Of a stretch of DNA of 64,000 nucleotides, positions 45,824 through 51,899 are shown in pieces. Source of the stretch: a virus. The notes below the pieces were generated by a model that had not been told where the DNA came from, did not search any database, and was given only the letters and a program-made list of their open reading frames with translations. The translations under genes and the position numbers were made by a program. Position 1 is the stretch's first letter; the number at the start of each line of letters is the position of its first letter. The stretch is taken from positions 4,827 to 68,826 of IMG/VR virus record IMGVR_UViG_3300022413_000009; one strand, given 5' to 3'.

Positions 45824-46646
45824 GCGCTAACCTGAGTTCACGATACGCAGGGGAGTCGACAATTTCTGCGATGGAATTTGAATCGAGATGTCCAAGCACT
45901 CCTCGGGAATCTTGCCCAAGCACCATACAGCACGCGACAACCGCCGCACGGTGGCTGCCAAGGCCTCCAGCCCGCACTTGCAAAAGGGGAGCGTTGGGTC
46001 GGCCACAAGATCTTTTTTCACCGCGCCGATGATAGTTGATGTCGATCTTATCTGAATCTGCCCAATTGTGCATGAGCCAAATTTCACTGTGAGCTCCAGT
46101 GAATCGGCCCCAGTTCTTTCTATACTGTAATACTTCATATTCGACCTCTTCCTGATTTATGATTAGGTGATTGATGTGCATCTCACTCAGCGATCCTTTC
46201 GCCATGCTGACGAAACGCCGAGCGTTCTCTCTCACCAAATCATAATCCCCGCCTTCCATCCACTTCGTGTACGTCGGTTTGTCATAACCGATGCAAGACA
46301 GGCGTAGGATGTCAATGCCTGCCTCTATCAATTCTCCGCTCAGTTTCTCCGTCAGCTTCTTACCGTTGGTAAACGATATGCAGGTGAGGCCGCGATCCTT
46401 GACTGCCTTGACGAACTTCGGAAAGTCTCGGTTGAGCGTCGGCTCGCCGCTGCCATGGAGTGTAACCGTCTGGAGGCCATACTGCATCCCATCGTCGACA
46501 ATCTTTTCGAATACATCAAAAGGGAGCTTTCTGAGAAACTCTCTCTCGCGTCCTTGTGACTGGGGACACATCTGGCACTTATAGTTACAGCCACCATTCA
46601 ACTCTAAGTCAAGGACATGTATCTGCAGGTCTTCAGGAGTCGGCAC
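45666..46646 (-). CDS. Radical SAM superfamily enzyme
   Basis: 326 aa; CNYKCQMC (Cx3Cx2C) near N-terminus, GSGEPTLN SAM-binding region. Confidence 0.6.
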   Translation of the reverse strand: MPTPEDLQIHVLDLELNGGCNYKCQMCPQSQGREREFLRKLPFDVFEKIVDDGMQYGLQTVTLHGSGEPTLNRDFPKFVKAVKDRGLTCISFTNGKKLTEKLSGELIEAGIDILRLSCIGYDKPTYTKWMEGGDYDLVRENARRFVSMAKGSLSEMHINHLIINQEEVEYEVLQYRKNWGRFTGAHSEIWLMHNWADSDKIDINYHRRGEKRSCGRPNAPLLQVRAGGLGSHRAAVVACCMVLGQDSRGVLGHLDSNSIAEIVDSPAYRELRLAHEEGRFDDIDVCRNCDQLYEVPESLVWSDIPGREYQQSKNLPTLNFGDYTPG

Positions 46647-47028
46647 TCTTTTTTCTCACCTTCTTTGGAATCACTCCACCGACTGTACTTCGATCGATGT
46701 CATCATGTTGGAAGTTCGCGAAGTATATCTCGAACACGACTGCCATCTCCTGTCCAACTGCGACAAATTGATGGTCATGCCCGGGCTTGACTTCATGGTA
46801 GTCACCGACCTCAAGGATTGTTTCATCCCAAAGCTCGTTCCCGTTCCCATAATCCATTCTTTCTCGGATCATGATGCGACCCTTCTCGCAATAGAATCCG
46901 TTCCACTTGTATTTATGAGAGTGAACGGAGCATTGTGTCCCGGGATGAACTTCGATGCGATGTAGCTCTAGGGATGAATTAGCGACTATCTGTACCGTCT
47001 CTCCCCAGATTTTTCCGGCTTTTTTCAT
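46633..47028 (-). CDS. Cupin-domain protein
   Basis: 131 aa; HRIEVHPGTQCSVHSH ... GFYCEKGRIMI two-His cupin motifs. Confidence 0.45.
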   Translation of the reverse strand: MKKAGKIWGETVQIVANSSLELHRIEVHPGTQCSVHSHKYKWNGFYCEKGRIMIRERMDYGNGNELWDETILEVGDYHEVKPGHDHQFVAVGQEMAVVFEIYFANFQHDDIDRSTVGGVIPKKVRKKSADS

Positions 47029-47271
47029 GGTGGCGTTCCCTTTCTCTGGCGACTTTGGCGGCCTTGCGGGCCTTGTTTATCTCTCTCTGTCCGCGTGCGC
47101 GATAGGCTTCACACCACTTGCGATTTCTACCGTGCTTGCGATTTTTCTTCCCGCCTTTCGGCTTCGTTCCATCCGAAGGTCTGGCCATGACAATCTCCTA
47201 AGGGCGAAATGCCCTATCTAGTTGTCATGGGGTCCTCCTGGGTAGATGGGATAATTCATTTTTCGTAATGC

Positions 47272-47451
47272 GTTACGAACGGATGTCTTCAATCTTGGCA
47301 ACAACCTTATCCCAGTACTCTCGGACAATGGCTGGCTGCTCAAGGACGTTCCATCCGATAAGCAATCCGCCGGCAGCGCCGACGAAAAGCGAGAACGGAA
47401 AGATGTTGTATGCGATGAGTCCAAGTACGACTGCGACGATTGCGCTCTTCA
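47272..47451 (-). CDS. Small membrane protein (59 aa, below ORF-track cutoff)
   Basis: Manual translation MKSAIVAVVLGLIAYNIFPFSLFVGAAGGLLIGWNVLEQPAIVREYWDKVVAKIEDIRS with GGGAGAAG RBS; lies downstream of SPFH gene. Confidence 0.4.
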
Positions 47452-47614
47452 TTCATCTTCTCCCTTTTGCGATGGTGGCATTATACGTGATCCGAAGATC
47501 TCATCAAAGATTTCATCCCAATCAATTTCCGGAACGTAGCGTTGACGCGGGTGGGGTCCGCCCTTTCGCAGTATATCTGGCGTTCGCCCCACCCTCGGAG
47601 GCGCAGGTTTTTTC

Positions 47615-48154
47615 TTATTCATTCCAAAGCCTTAGGCTTGGAGCCTTACTCAAGTCAATGAATCTGAATTCGTGTACGGTTACGCCCCATCCATCAGCCT
47701 CTTTTGTGATCGTCTCAGAAATTTCATCGGCGAAACCATTCGCATGAATGTGCTTCCAGGTGCTGTCCGCGACCGTGTCACCGATGATTCCACAAGAGGC
47801 CTGATGCAGGACATCATCGACTTCTTCGACTTTGAGGACTGTCTTTTCGATATCGTTGATGCTCCACAGAACCATTCCTTGAATGACGATTTCAACGCCG
47901 TCCTCTGTTGTGAGGCTCTGCTCACCGAGGTCCATCGCTGCGGGAACGACATTATCGACGAAGATTTGATCGACGTCAAAAGGGATGACCCAATGGAAGC
48001 CAGGTTGGAGGACAGGGTTTCGTTTCCAGAAGAGAAACCGGTAGCGCCTCTTGCCGAGCGTGAGCACGACTCCTCTCTCGTACTCGTCAATGACAACCCA
48101 GAATTGGAAGATTTGTACGAAGTCGACGAGGAGGTCTATGAGGCGATCAAACAT
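47615..48154 (-). CDS. SPFH / band-7 (stomatin-prohibitin-HflC-like) domain protein
   Basis: 179 aa; IDEYERGVVLTLGK... typical start of SPFH domain. Confidence 0.5.
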   Translation of the reverse strand: MFDRLIDLLVDFVQIFQFWVVIDEYERGVVLTLGKRRYRFLFWKRNPVLQPGFHWVIPFDVDQIFVDNVVPAAMDLGEQSLTTEDGVEIVIQGMVLWSINDIEKTVLKVEEVDDVLHQASCGIIGDTVADSTWKHIHANGFADEISETITKEADGWGVTVHEFRFIDLSKAPSLRLWNE

Positions 48155-48927
48155 TCCTCGAGTTTAGCATAGGGCCGGCTGAAGAAGCCGAAATGCTCAT
48201 CGTCGTCGGACCTCGTGACGCGAGCGGTCAGCTCAAATTTCAGGCCCGAATACTCAACTTCATTATCCGCCTTGTAGTCACTCACGGCCCTTGGTACTGA
48301 GCCCCAATATCGGTTTCCATCCTCATCCTCGGCCAACATCTTAAGAGTGTCACCGTAATCCGACGCCTGCCACTTCGTTCCGATGATCGTTACGACGAAG
48401 GAACGACGCCCTTCCTCAATGATTGGCGCGTCGGCCATCTTCACAGCCCGCTCCGCATCTTCAACCTCTTTCCGCTCCTCACGCTCACGCTTCTGCTTCT
48501 CGTATTTGGACTCGCCGAGCTCCATAGCCTTCAGGCCATTAATCAACGAGTTGATACGAGGATTGTCGGAGGTGAAATTATCCCGGATGTAGATGAGATA
48601 GTCTTTCTCGGTTTCAACGAGATCCTCAATCAGCTTGCCTTGGTGTTTCCCAAACCACAGGCGGTTGTCATCGTACTCGCCGCGCTTGCGAAGCGTACCG
48701 CACTCGTCCGAAATGTCGTAGAACTTGACATATTTGATGTGCGGGTGGCTGTCACAATACTTGTCGGCGTTCGCACAAGCTGTCTCCCACGTGCGTCCCA
48801 AATTGCGAACGTAGGTATAAGGGTTGACCATCGGATGCTCAGGGCGTCCCTGCAGAATGCGATGGAGGGTATAGAGGCCGTTCGTGGCCCCCGTCTCAAT
48901 CCAGACTTCAAAGGTGAGTTCGTTCAC
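48136..48927 (-). CDS. Hypothetical protein
   Basis: 263 aa, central charged coiled-coil; first gene downstream of tRNA array promoter copy. Confidence 0.3.
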   Translation of the reverse strand: MNELTFEVWIETGATNGLYTLHRILQGRPEHPMVNPYTYVRNLGRTWETACANADKYCDSHPHIKYVKFYDISDECGTLRKRGEYDDNRLWFGKHQGKLIEDLVETEKDYLIYIRDNFTSDNPRINSLINGLKAMELGESKYEKQKREREERKEVEDAERAVKMADAPIIEEGRRSFVVTIIGTKWQASDYGDTLKMLAEDEDGNRYWGSVPRAVSDYKADNEVEYSGLKFELTARVTRSDDDEHFGFFSRPYAKLEECLIAS

Positions 48928-49249
48928 GATATCCTCCCATAAGGTCCATCGGCCGCCATGTCTTCATACATCTGTTCTTTCATTGCGGCTTCGTGCTGAC
49001 GTAGAGCTTTCCTCTGCTTCCGTGTGAGAGGCTTGATTCCATCGCGGCCTTGCTTGATGCAATGCTCGCGATATTTCAGTCTTGGGATAATCTTAGGCAT
49101 GGCTTTCTCTCCTTTCTACTTGTTGAACTTGATGCGGTACCAGCGAATAATGCGATGCGATTCCATTCCCAAGACAACCATCCAGATGATGCTGGTGGCT
49201 CCTAAAAATTTGACGATTTCGAATAACATGGCTGATCCCTTTCTAGCTT

Positions 49250-49345
49250 TCTAAGTGTGTCCTCATATTTAATACTACTACCGACACAGAGAAATGCAAG
49301 AGAATGACGCATTCATTTGTATGAATCAGGGAAAAGTGTGCGGTC
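49250..49345 (-). promoter_or_regulatory. Conserved promoter/operator-like element (copy 4)
   Basis: CCTCATATTTAATACTACTACCGACACAGAGAAATGCAAGAG ... GTGTGCGGTCGGACACAATTT. Confidence 0.5.
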
Positions 49346-49465
49346 GGACACAATTTGGGCAGTAGAAATTGGCAGGGGTGTCAGGTATCGCGCCTGACCG
49401 ACAAGGGTCAGAGCCTTGTCTCGTCACTTGACGACACCCCAACAAGCAGGAAAGGTCAAAGAAAT

Positions 49466-49536
49466 TGGCTAGGGTGGTCGGTAATGCTCCGACGCTCACA
49501 GGTTCAAAGCCTGATCCCGCACTTTGCGTCACCCCG
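49466..49536 (-). tRNA. tRNA-like gene, anticodon probably UUG (Gln); atypical T-loop
   Basis: Encoded CCA (TGG on plus), perfect 5-bp T-stem GTCGG/CCGAC, anticodon hairpin ACAGG-TTCAAAG-CCTGA; T-loop non-canonical so low confidence. Confidence 0.3.
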
Positions 49537-49537
49537 T

Positions 49538-49607
49538 TGGCAGCCCATCACGGAATCGAACCGTGCTCGTCGGGTTTGGAGTCCGCTCTAGTCCCAGAGC
49601 ATGAGCT
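49538..49607 (-). tRNA. tRNA, anticodon probably CCA (Trp); short (67 nt + CCA)
   Basis: T-arm CACGG-AATCGAA-CCGTG, D-arm GCTC/GAGC, loop CUCCAAA as in bacterial tRNA-Trp; anticodon stem imperfect. Confidence 0.4.
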
Positions 49608-49613
49608 ATTGAT

Positions 49614-49707
49614 TGGCGGAAGGCGGAGGAGTCGAACCCCACCCACATTTCTGCAGGACCATGTTTTCAAGGCACGTCGGCGGACCATCCCACCTGCATC
49701 ACCTTCC
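49614..49707 (-). tRNA. Long-variable-arm tRNA-like gene (Ser/Leu class), anticodon unresolved (UGA?)
   Basis: TGG + acceptor GGAAGGC/ACCTTCC pairing, AGTCGAA T-loop, about 91 nt; internal GGACCATG duplication makes cloverleaf ambiguous. Confidence 0.3.
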
Positions 49708-49712
49708 GTAAT

Positions 49713-49800
49713 TGGCGGAGAGCGGAGTAGTCGAAACTCACCCGCTACAGCGAGCGACTAGATTAGCAGTCCGTCCCAGGCCCTGCCTGGTTCGCTCTCC
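49713..49800 (-). tRNA. Long-variable-arm tRNA, anticodon possibly GCU (Ser)
   Basis: Acceptor GGAGAGC/GCTCTCC + G discriminator + CCA, T-loop AGTCGAA, 85 nt + CCA. Confidence 0.35.
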
Positions 49801-49805
49801 ATGTT

Positions 49806-49881
49806 TGGTACCCCCGGTAGGATTCGAACCTACATCAGTCGGCTTAAAAGGCCTGTCTCTGCGCAATTGAGTTACGGAGGC
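49806..49881 (-). tRNA. tRNA-Lys (anticodon UUU), tentative
   Basis: T-arm GTAGG-ATTCGAA-CCTAC, acceptor with two G-U pairs, loop CUUUUAA. Confidence 0.45.
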
Positions 49882-49887
49882 AATGTT

Positions 49888-49962
49888 TGGTGGATGCGGT
49901 AGGTCTCGAACCTACGTCTTTCCCGTTAAGAGCGGTGACTCTGCCAGCTGAGTTACGCATCC
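49888..49962 (-). tRNA. tRNA-Lys (anticodon CUU), tentative
   Basis: T-arm GTAGG-TCTCGAA-CCTAC, acceptor GGATGCG, loop CUCUUAA. Confidence 0.45.
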
Positions 49963-49967
49963 GAAAT

Positions 49968-50042
49968 TGGAGCCCCATCTAGGATTCGAACCCAGAAGCT
50001 AATCAGTTTCGAAGACTGACACCCGTCCACCGGGCATGAGGC
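49968..50042 (-). tRNA. tRNA-Arg (anticodon UCG)
   Basis: T-arm CTAGG-ATTCGAA-CCCAG, anticodon stem TCAGT/ACTGA with loop CUUCGAA. Confidence 0.5.
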
Positions 50043-50043
50043 T

Positions 50044-50120
50044 TGGTTGATGCCGTGGGAGTTGAACCCACCTCATAGCAGGATATAAGCCTGCGTGTGA
50101 CGACCGGCCACCCGGCATCT
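50044..50120 (-). tRNA. tRNA with anticodon UAU (Ile, AUA-reading)
   Basis: T-arm GTGGG-AGTTGAA-CCCAC, perfect anticodon stem GCAGG/CCTGC with loop CUUAUAU. Confidence 0.5.
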
Positions 50121-50126
50121 ATTGTT

Positions 50127-50201
50127 TGGTCCTTCCCCGTGGTATCGAACCACGCTCCACGGTGCTTCAAACCGTTGCTAATCCATCTCAGCTAGAGAAG
50201 G
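50127..50201 (-). tRNA. tRNA-Phe (anticodon GAA)
   Basis: T-arm CGTGG-TATCGAA-CCACG, anticodon stem ACGGT/ACCGT, loop UUGAAGC. Confidence 0.5.
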
Positions 50202-50202
50202 T

Positions 50203-50280
50203 TGGTGCGCCCCCTCGGCTTCGAACCGAGAAACTACTCGTTTTGAGCGAGCAAGGTATGCCTATTCCCATCAGGGACGC
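50203..50280 (-). tRNA. tRNA with anticodon CAA (Leu codon UUG) but short variable loop
   Basis: T-arm CTCGG-CTTCGAA-CCGAG, loop CUCAAAA, acceptor GCGTCCC/GGGGCGC; 5-nt variable region unlike type II Leu tRNAs. Confidence 0.45.
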
Positions 50281-50288
50281 TTAGAATT

Positions 50289-50361
50289 TGGACCCCCCAC
50301 GAGGACTCGAACCTCGAAATCAGAGCTTAGAACACTCCTACCGCTCCTGTCGGATGGAGGG
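50289..50361 (-). tRNA. tRNA-like gene, anticodon loop possibly UUCUAAG (anticodon CUA, amber-suppressor type); unresolved
   Basis: Acceptor CCCTCCA/TGGGGGG fully paired with CCA, T-arm CGAGG-TTCGAGT-CCTCG; anticodon stem only 3-4 bp in my fold. Confidence 0.35.
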
Positions 50362-50415
50362 ACGATGTGCTTTCAAAAGCACGGTAACCAGGTTAAGGTG
50401 CTTTCAAAAGCAAAT

Positions 50416-50493
50416 TGGAGCCACAGCTCGGAAGCGCGCCGAGTTCCCCTGTTTACAAGACAGGACATCATCTAGATAAATGTTTCGTGTGGC
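50416..50493 (-). tRNA. tRNA-Thr (anticodon UGU), atypical T-loop
   Basis: Anticodon stem CCTGT/ACAGG loop CUUGUAA; T-stem CTCGG/CCGAG with unusual loop. Confidence 0.4.
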
Positions 50494-50499
50494 ATTGTT

Positions 50500-50574
50500 T
50501 GGTCGTCCGAGAAGGAATTGCACCTTCATCTCCTCGCGTATCAGACGGGGGCTCTACTGTTAAGCTACCGGACT
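50500..50574 (-). tRNA. tRNA-like gene, anticodon unresolved
   Basis: TGG + T-arm GAAGG-AATTGCA-CCTTC and D-arm-like GCTTAACAGTAGAGC; anticodon stem not confidently placed. Confidence 0.3.
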
Positions 50575-50575
50575 C

Positions 50576-50647
50576 TGGTAGCGGCACCGGGTAACGCTCC
50601 CGGCTGTCCTGGGTTATGAGCCCTGGTTGGTCGCTTGACCTACCGCA
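50576..50647 (-). tRNA. tRNA-Met/Ile2-type (anticodon CAU)
   Basis: T-stem CCGGG/CCCGG, anticodon loop CUCAUAA. Confidence 0.45.
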
Positions 50648-50653
50648 TTAAAT

Positions 50654-50730
50654 TGGTACCCCAGGCGGGACTCGAACCCGCAAACTACAGTTTCTAAGAC
50701 TGGCGGCTATGCCTATTCGCCTACCGGGGC
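50654..50730 (-). tRNA. tRNA with anticodon UAG (Leu codon CUA) but short variable loop
   Basis: Clean cloverleaf: acceptor GCCCCGG, D-stem GGCG/CGCC, loop CUUAGAA, T-arm GCGGG-TTCGAGT-CCCGC, CCA encoded. Confidence 0.5.
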
Positions 50731-50732
50731 AT

Positions 50733-50807
50733 TGGAGATGTGAGACGGATTCGAACCGTCGTGTGTCTGGTTTGCAAGCAGAAGCCTATCCTCTCGGCCA
50801 TCACATC
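50733..50807 (-). tRNA. tRNA-Cys (anticodon GCA)
   Basis: Acceptor GATGTGA/TCACATC, T-arm GACGG-TTCGAAT-CCGTC, loop UUGCAAA. Confidence 0.55.
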
Positions 50808-50812
50808 TATGT

Positions 50813-50888
50813 TGGGGTGTCTCCTAGGACTTGCACCTAGTTCATCCGGGATCACAACCCAGGCTTCACGTTTCAAAGTTTGAGACAC
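50813..50888 (-). tRNA. tRNA-His (anticodon GUG)
   Basis: Acceptor GTGTCTC/GAGACAC, anticodon stem CTGGG/CCCGG loop UUGUGAU, T-arm CTAGG/CCTAG. Confidence 0.5.
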
Positions 50889-50894
50889 ATTGTT

Positions 50895-50972
50895 TGGAGC
50901 ATCCGACGGGACTCGAACCCGCATTGTTCTGGGTGAAAACCAGACTGCCTATTCCATTTAGCTGACAGATGC
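50895..50972 (-). tRNA. tRNA-Glu (anticodon UUC)
   Basis: T-arm ACGGG-TTCGAGT-CCCGT, anticodon stem TCTGG/CCAGA loop UUUUCAC. Confidence 0.55.
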
Positions 50973-50973
50973 T

Positions 50974-51052
50974 TGGTACTCCTGAACGGACTCGAACCGT
51001 CATTGTTCTGGATGAGAACCAGACCGCCTATTCCAATTAGCAGGACAGGAGC
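50974..51052 (-). tRNA. tRNA-Glu (anticodon CUC)
   Basis: Near-duplicate of previous tRNA with loop UUCUCAU. Confidence 0.5.
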
Positions 51053-51061
51053 GTCGTTGTT

Positions 51062-51134
51062 TGGTGGAGGTGCGCGGAATCGAACCCCGCCCATCGGCTT
51101 GCAAGGCCGTCGGTGGCGCCCACGCACCACCCCC
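51062..51134 (-). tRNA. tRNA-Ala (anticodon UGC)
   Basis: Acceptor GGGGGTG/CACCTCC, anticodon stem CGGC/GCCG loop CUUGCAA. Confidence 0.5.
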
Positions 51135-51135
51135 T

Positions 51136-51209
51136 TGGTACTCAGTGATGGAATCGAACCATCGTCTCCGATTTGTAAGAACGGCGCTAATCCCCTCAGC
51201 TAACCGAGC
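51136..51209 (-). tRNA. tRNA-Val (anticodon UAC)
   Basis: T-arm GATGG-TTCGATT-CCATC, loop CUUACAA, acceptor GCTCGGT/ACTGAGT. Confidence 0.5.
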
Positions 51210-51217
51210 ATTTTGTT

Positions 51218-51293
51218 TGGCGCCCGCGATGAGAATTGAACTCACCTACATTCGCTCGACAGGCGATCCACGTCACCAGACGCGCCCACGGGC
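51218..51293 (-). tRNA. tRNA-Asp (anticodon GUC)
   Basis: Acceptor GCCCGTG/CGCGGGC, anticodon stem TTCGC/GCGAT loop CUGUCGA. Confidence 0.55.
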
Positions 51294-51300
51294 TTGAATT

Positions 51301-51377
51301 TGGTCTGCGCGGTAGGATTCGAACCTACGACATGATGGTTCCAGGCCACCAACTCTACCAGACTGAGCTACGCACAG
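51301..51377 (-). tRNA. tRNA, anticodon region ambiguous (best guess UGG, Pro)
   Basis: T-arm GTAGG-TTCGAAT-CCTAC, D-arm GCTCAGTCTGGTAGAGT; anticodon loop parse gives CCUGGAA with C33. Confidence 0.4.
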
Positions 51378-51380
51378 ATT

Positions 51381-51455
51381 TGGAGCGAGGTGCGGGAATT
51401 GAACCCGCCTATACTGGGTGGAAGCCAGTTTTATCACCAGAACTTTCTACCCCGC
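51381..51455 (-). tRNA. tRNA-Gly (anticodon UCC)
   Basis: T-arm GCGGG-TTCAATT-CCCGC, anticodon stem ACTGG/CCAGT loop CUUCCAC. Confidence 0.55.
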
Positions 51456-51456
51456 T

Positions 51457-51533
51457 TGGCCCCAATTCTAGGACTCGAACCTAGCTCGCACAGATTAACA
51501 GTCTGCCGTCGTCACCCGGACGACTCAACTGGG
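51457..51533 (-). tRNA. tRNA-Asn (anticodon GUU)
   Basis: T-arm CTAGG-TTCGAGT-CCTAG, anticodon stem ACAGA/TCTGC loop CUGUUAA. Confidence 0.55.
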
Positions 51534-51549
51534 GTAATACCAAAAAAAT

Positions 51550-51636
51550 TGGTGGATGTCCTAGGAATCGAACCTAGAATGCCTAAGAAGGTACAGGGTT
51601 ACAGCCTGCTCACGATCCATACGCGACTAGACATCC
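51550..51636 (-). tRNA. tRNA-Tyr (anticodon GUA), long variable arm
   Basis: Acceptor GGATGTC/GACATCC perfect, T-arm CTAGG-TTCGATT-CCTAG, anticodon stem GCAGG/CCTGT loop CUGUAAC, 15-nt variable arm as in bacterial tRNA-Tyr. Confidence 0.55.
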
Positions 51637-51899
51637 ACGAATCTACTGCCCAAATTGTTAAAGAGCCTGCTACGGTGCAGAGCCAGGGAGTAGAAGTGGG
51701 TCTAGGTTTCTGTCCCCGGCGTTGCACCGGAGACGGTTACAACGCGATTAGAGGTTTTCGGCCTCTGGATTCGAGCGACTAATCGTCGCCCAATACCCGA
51801 CGTGACCTAATATGCCGAGGGGGCACATCGGTTGTCTGGTATCAAATTTTCGCGTTGAAATATTCATGTCACGTAATTTAAGGCCTTCCATTCAAAAAG

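Noticed and set aside
49326-51782. Numerous 60-170 aa ORFs on both strands across the tRNA array (e.g. 49355..49591, 50973..51203, 51390..51782)
   Set aside because: They coincide with tightly packed tRNA genes and their translations are repetitive. They are not protein-coding.
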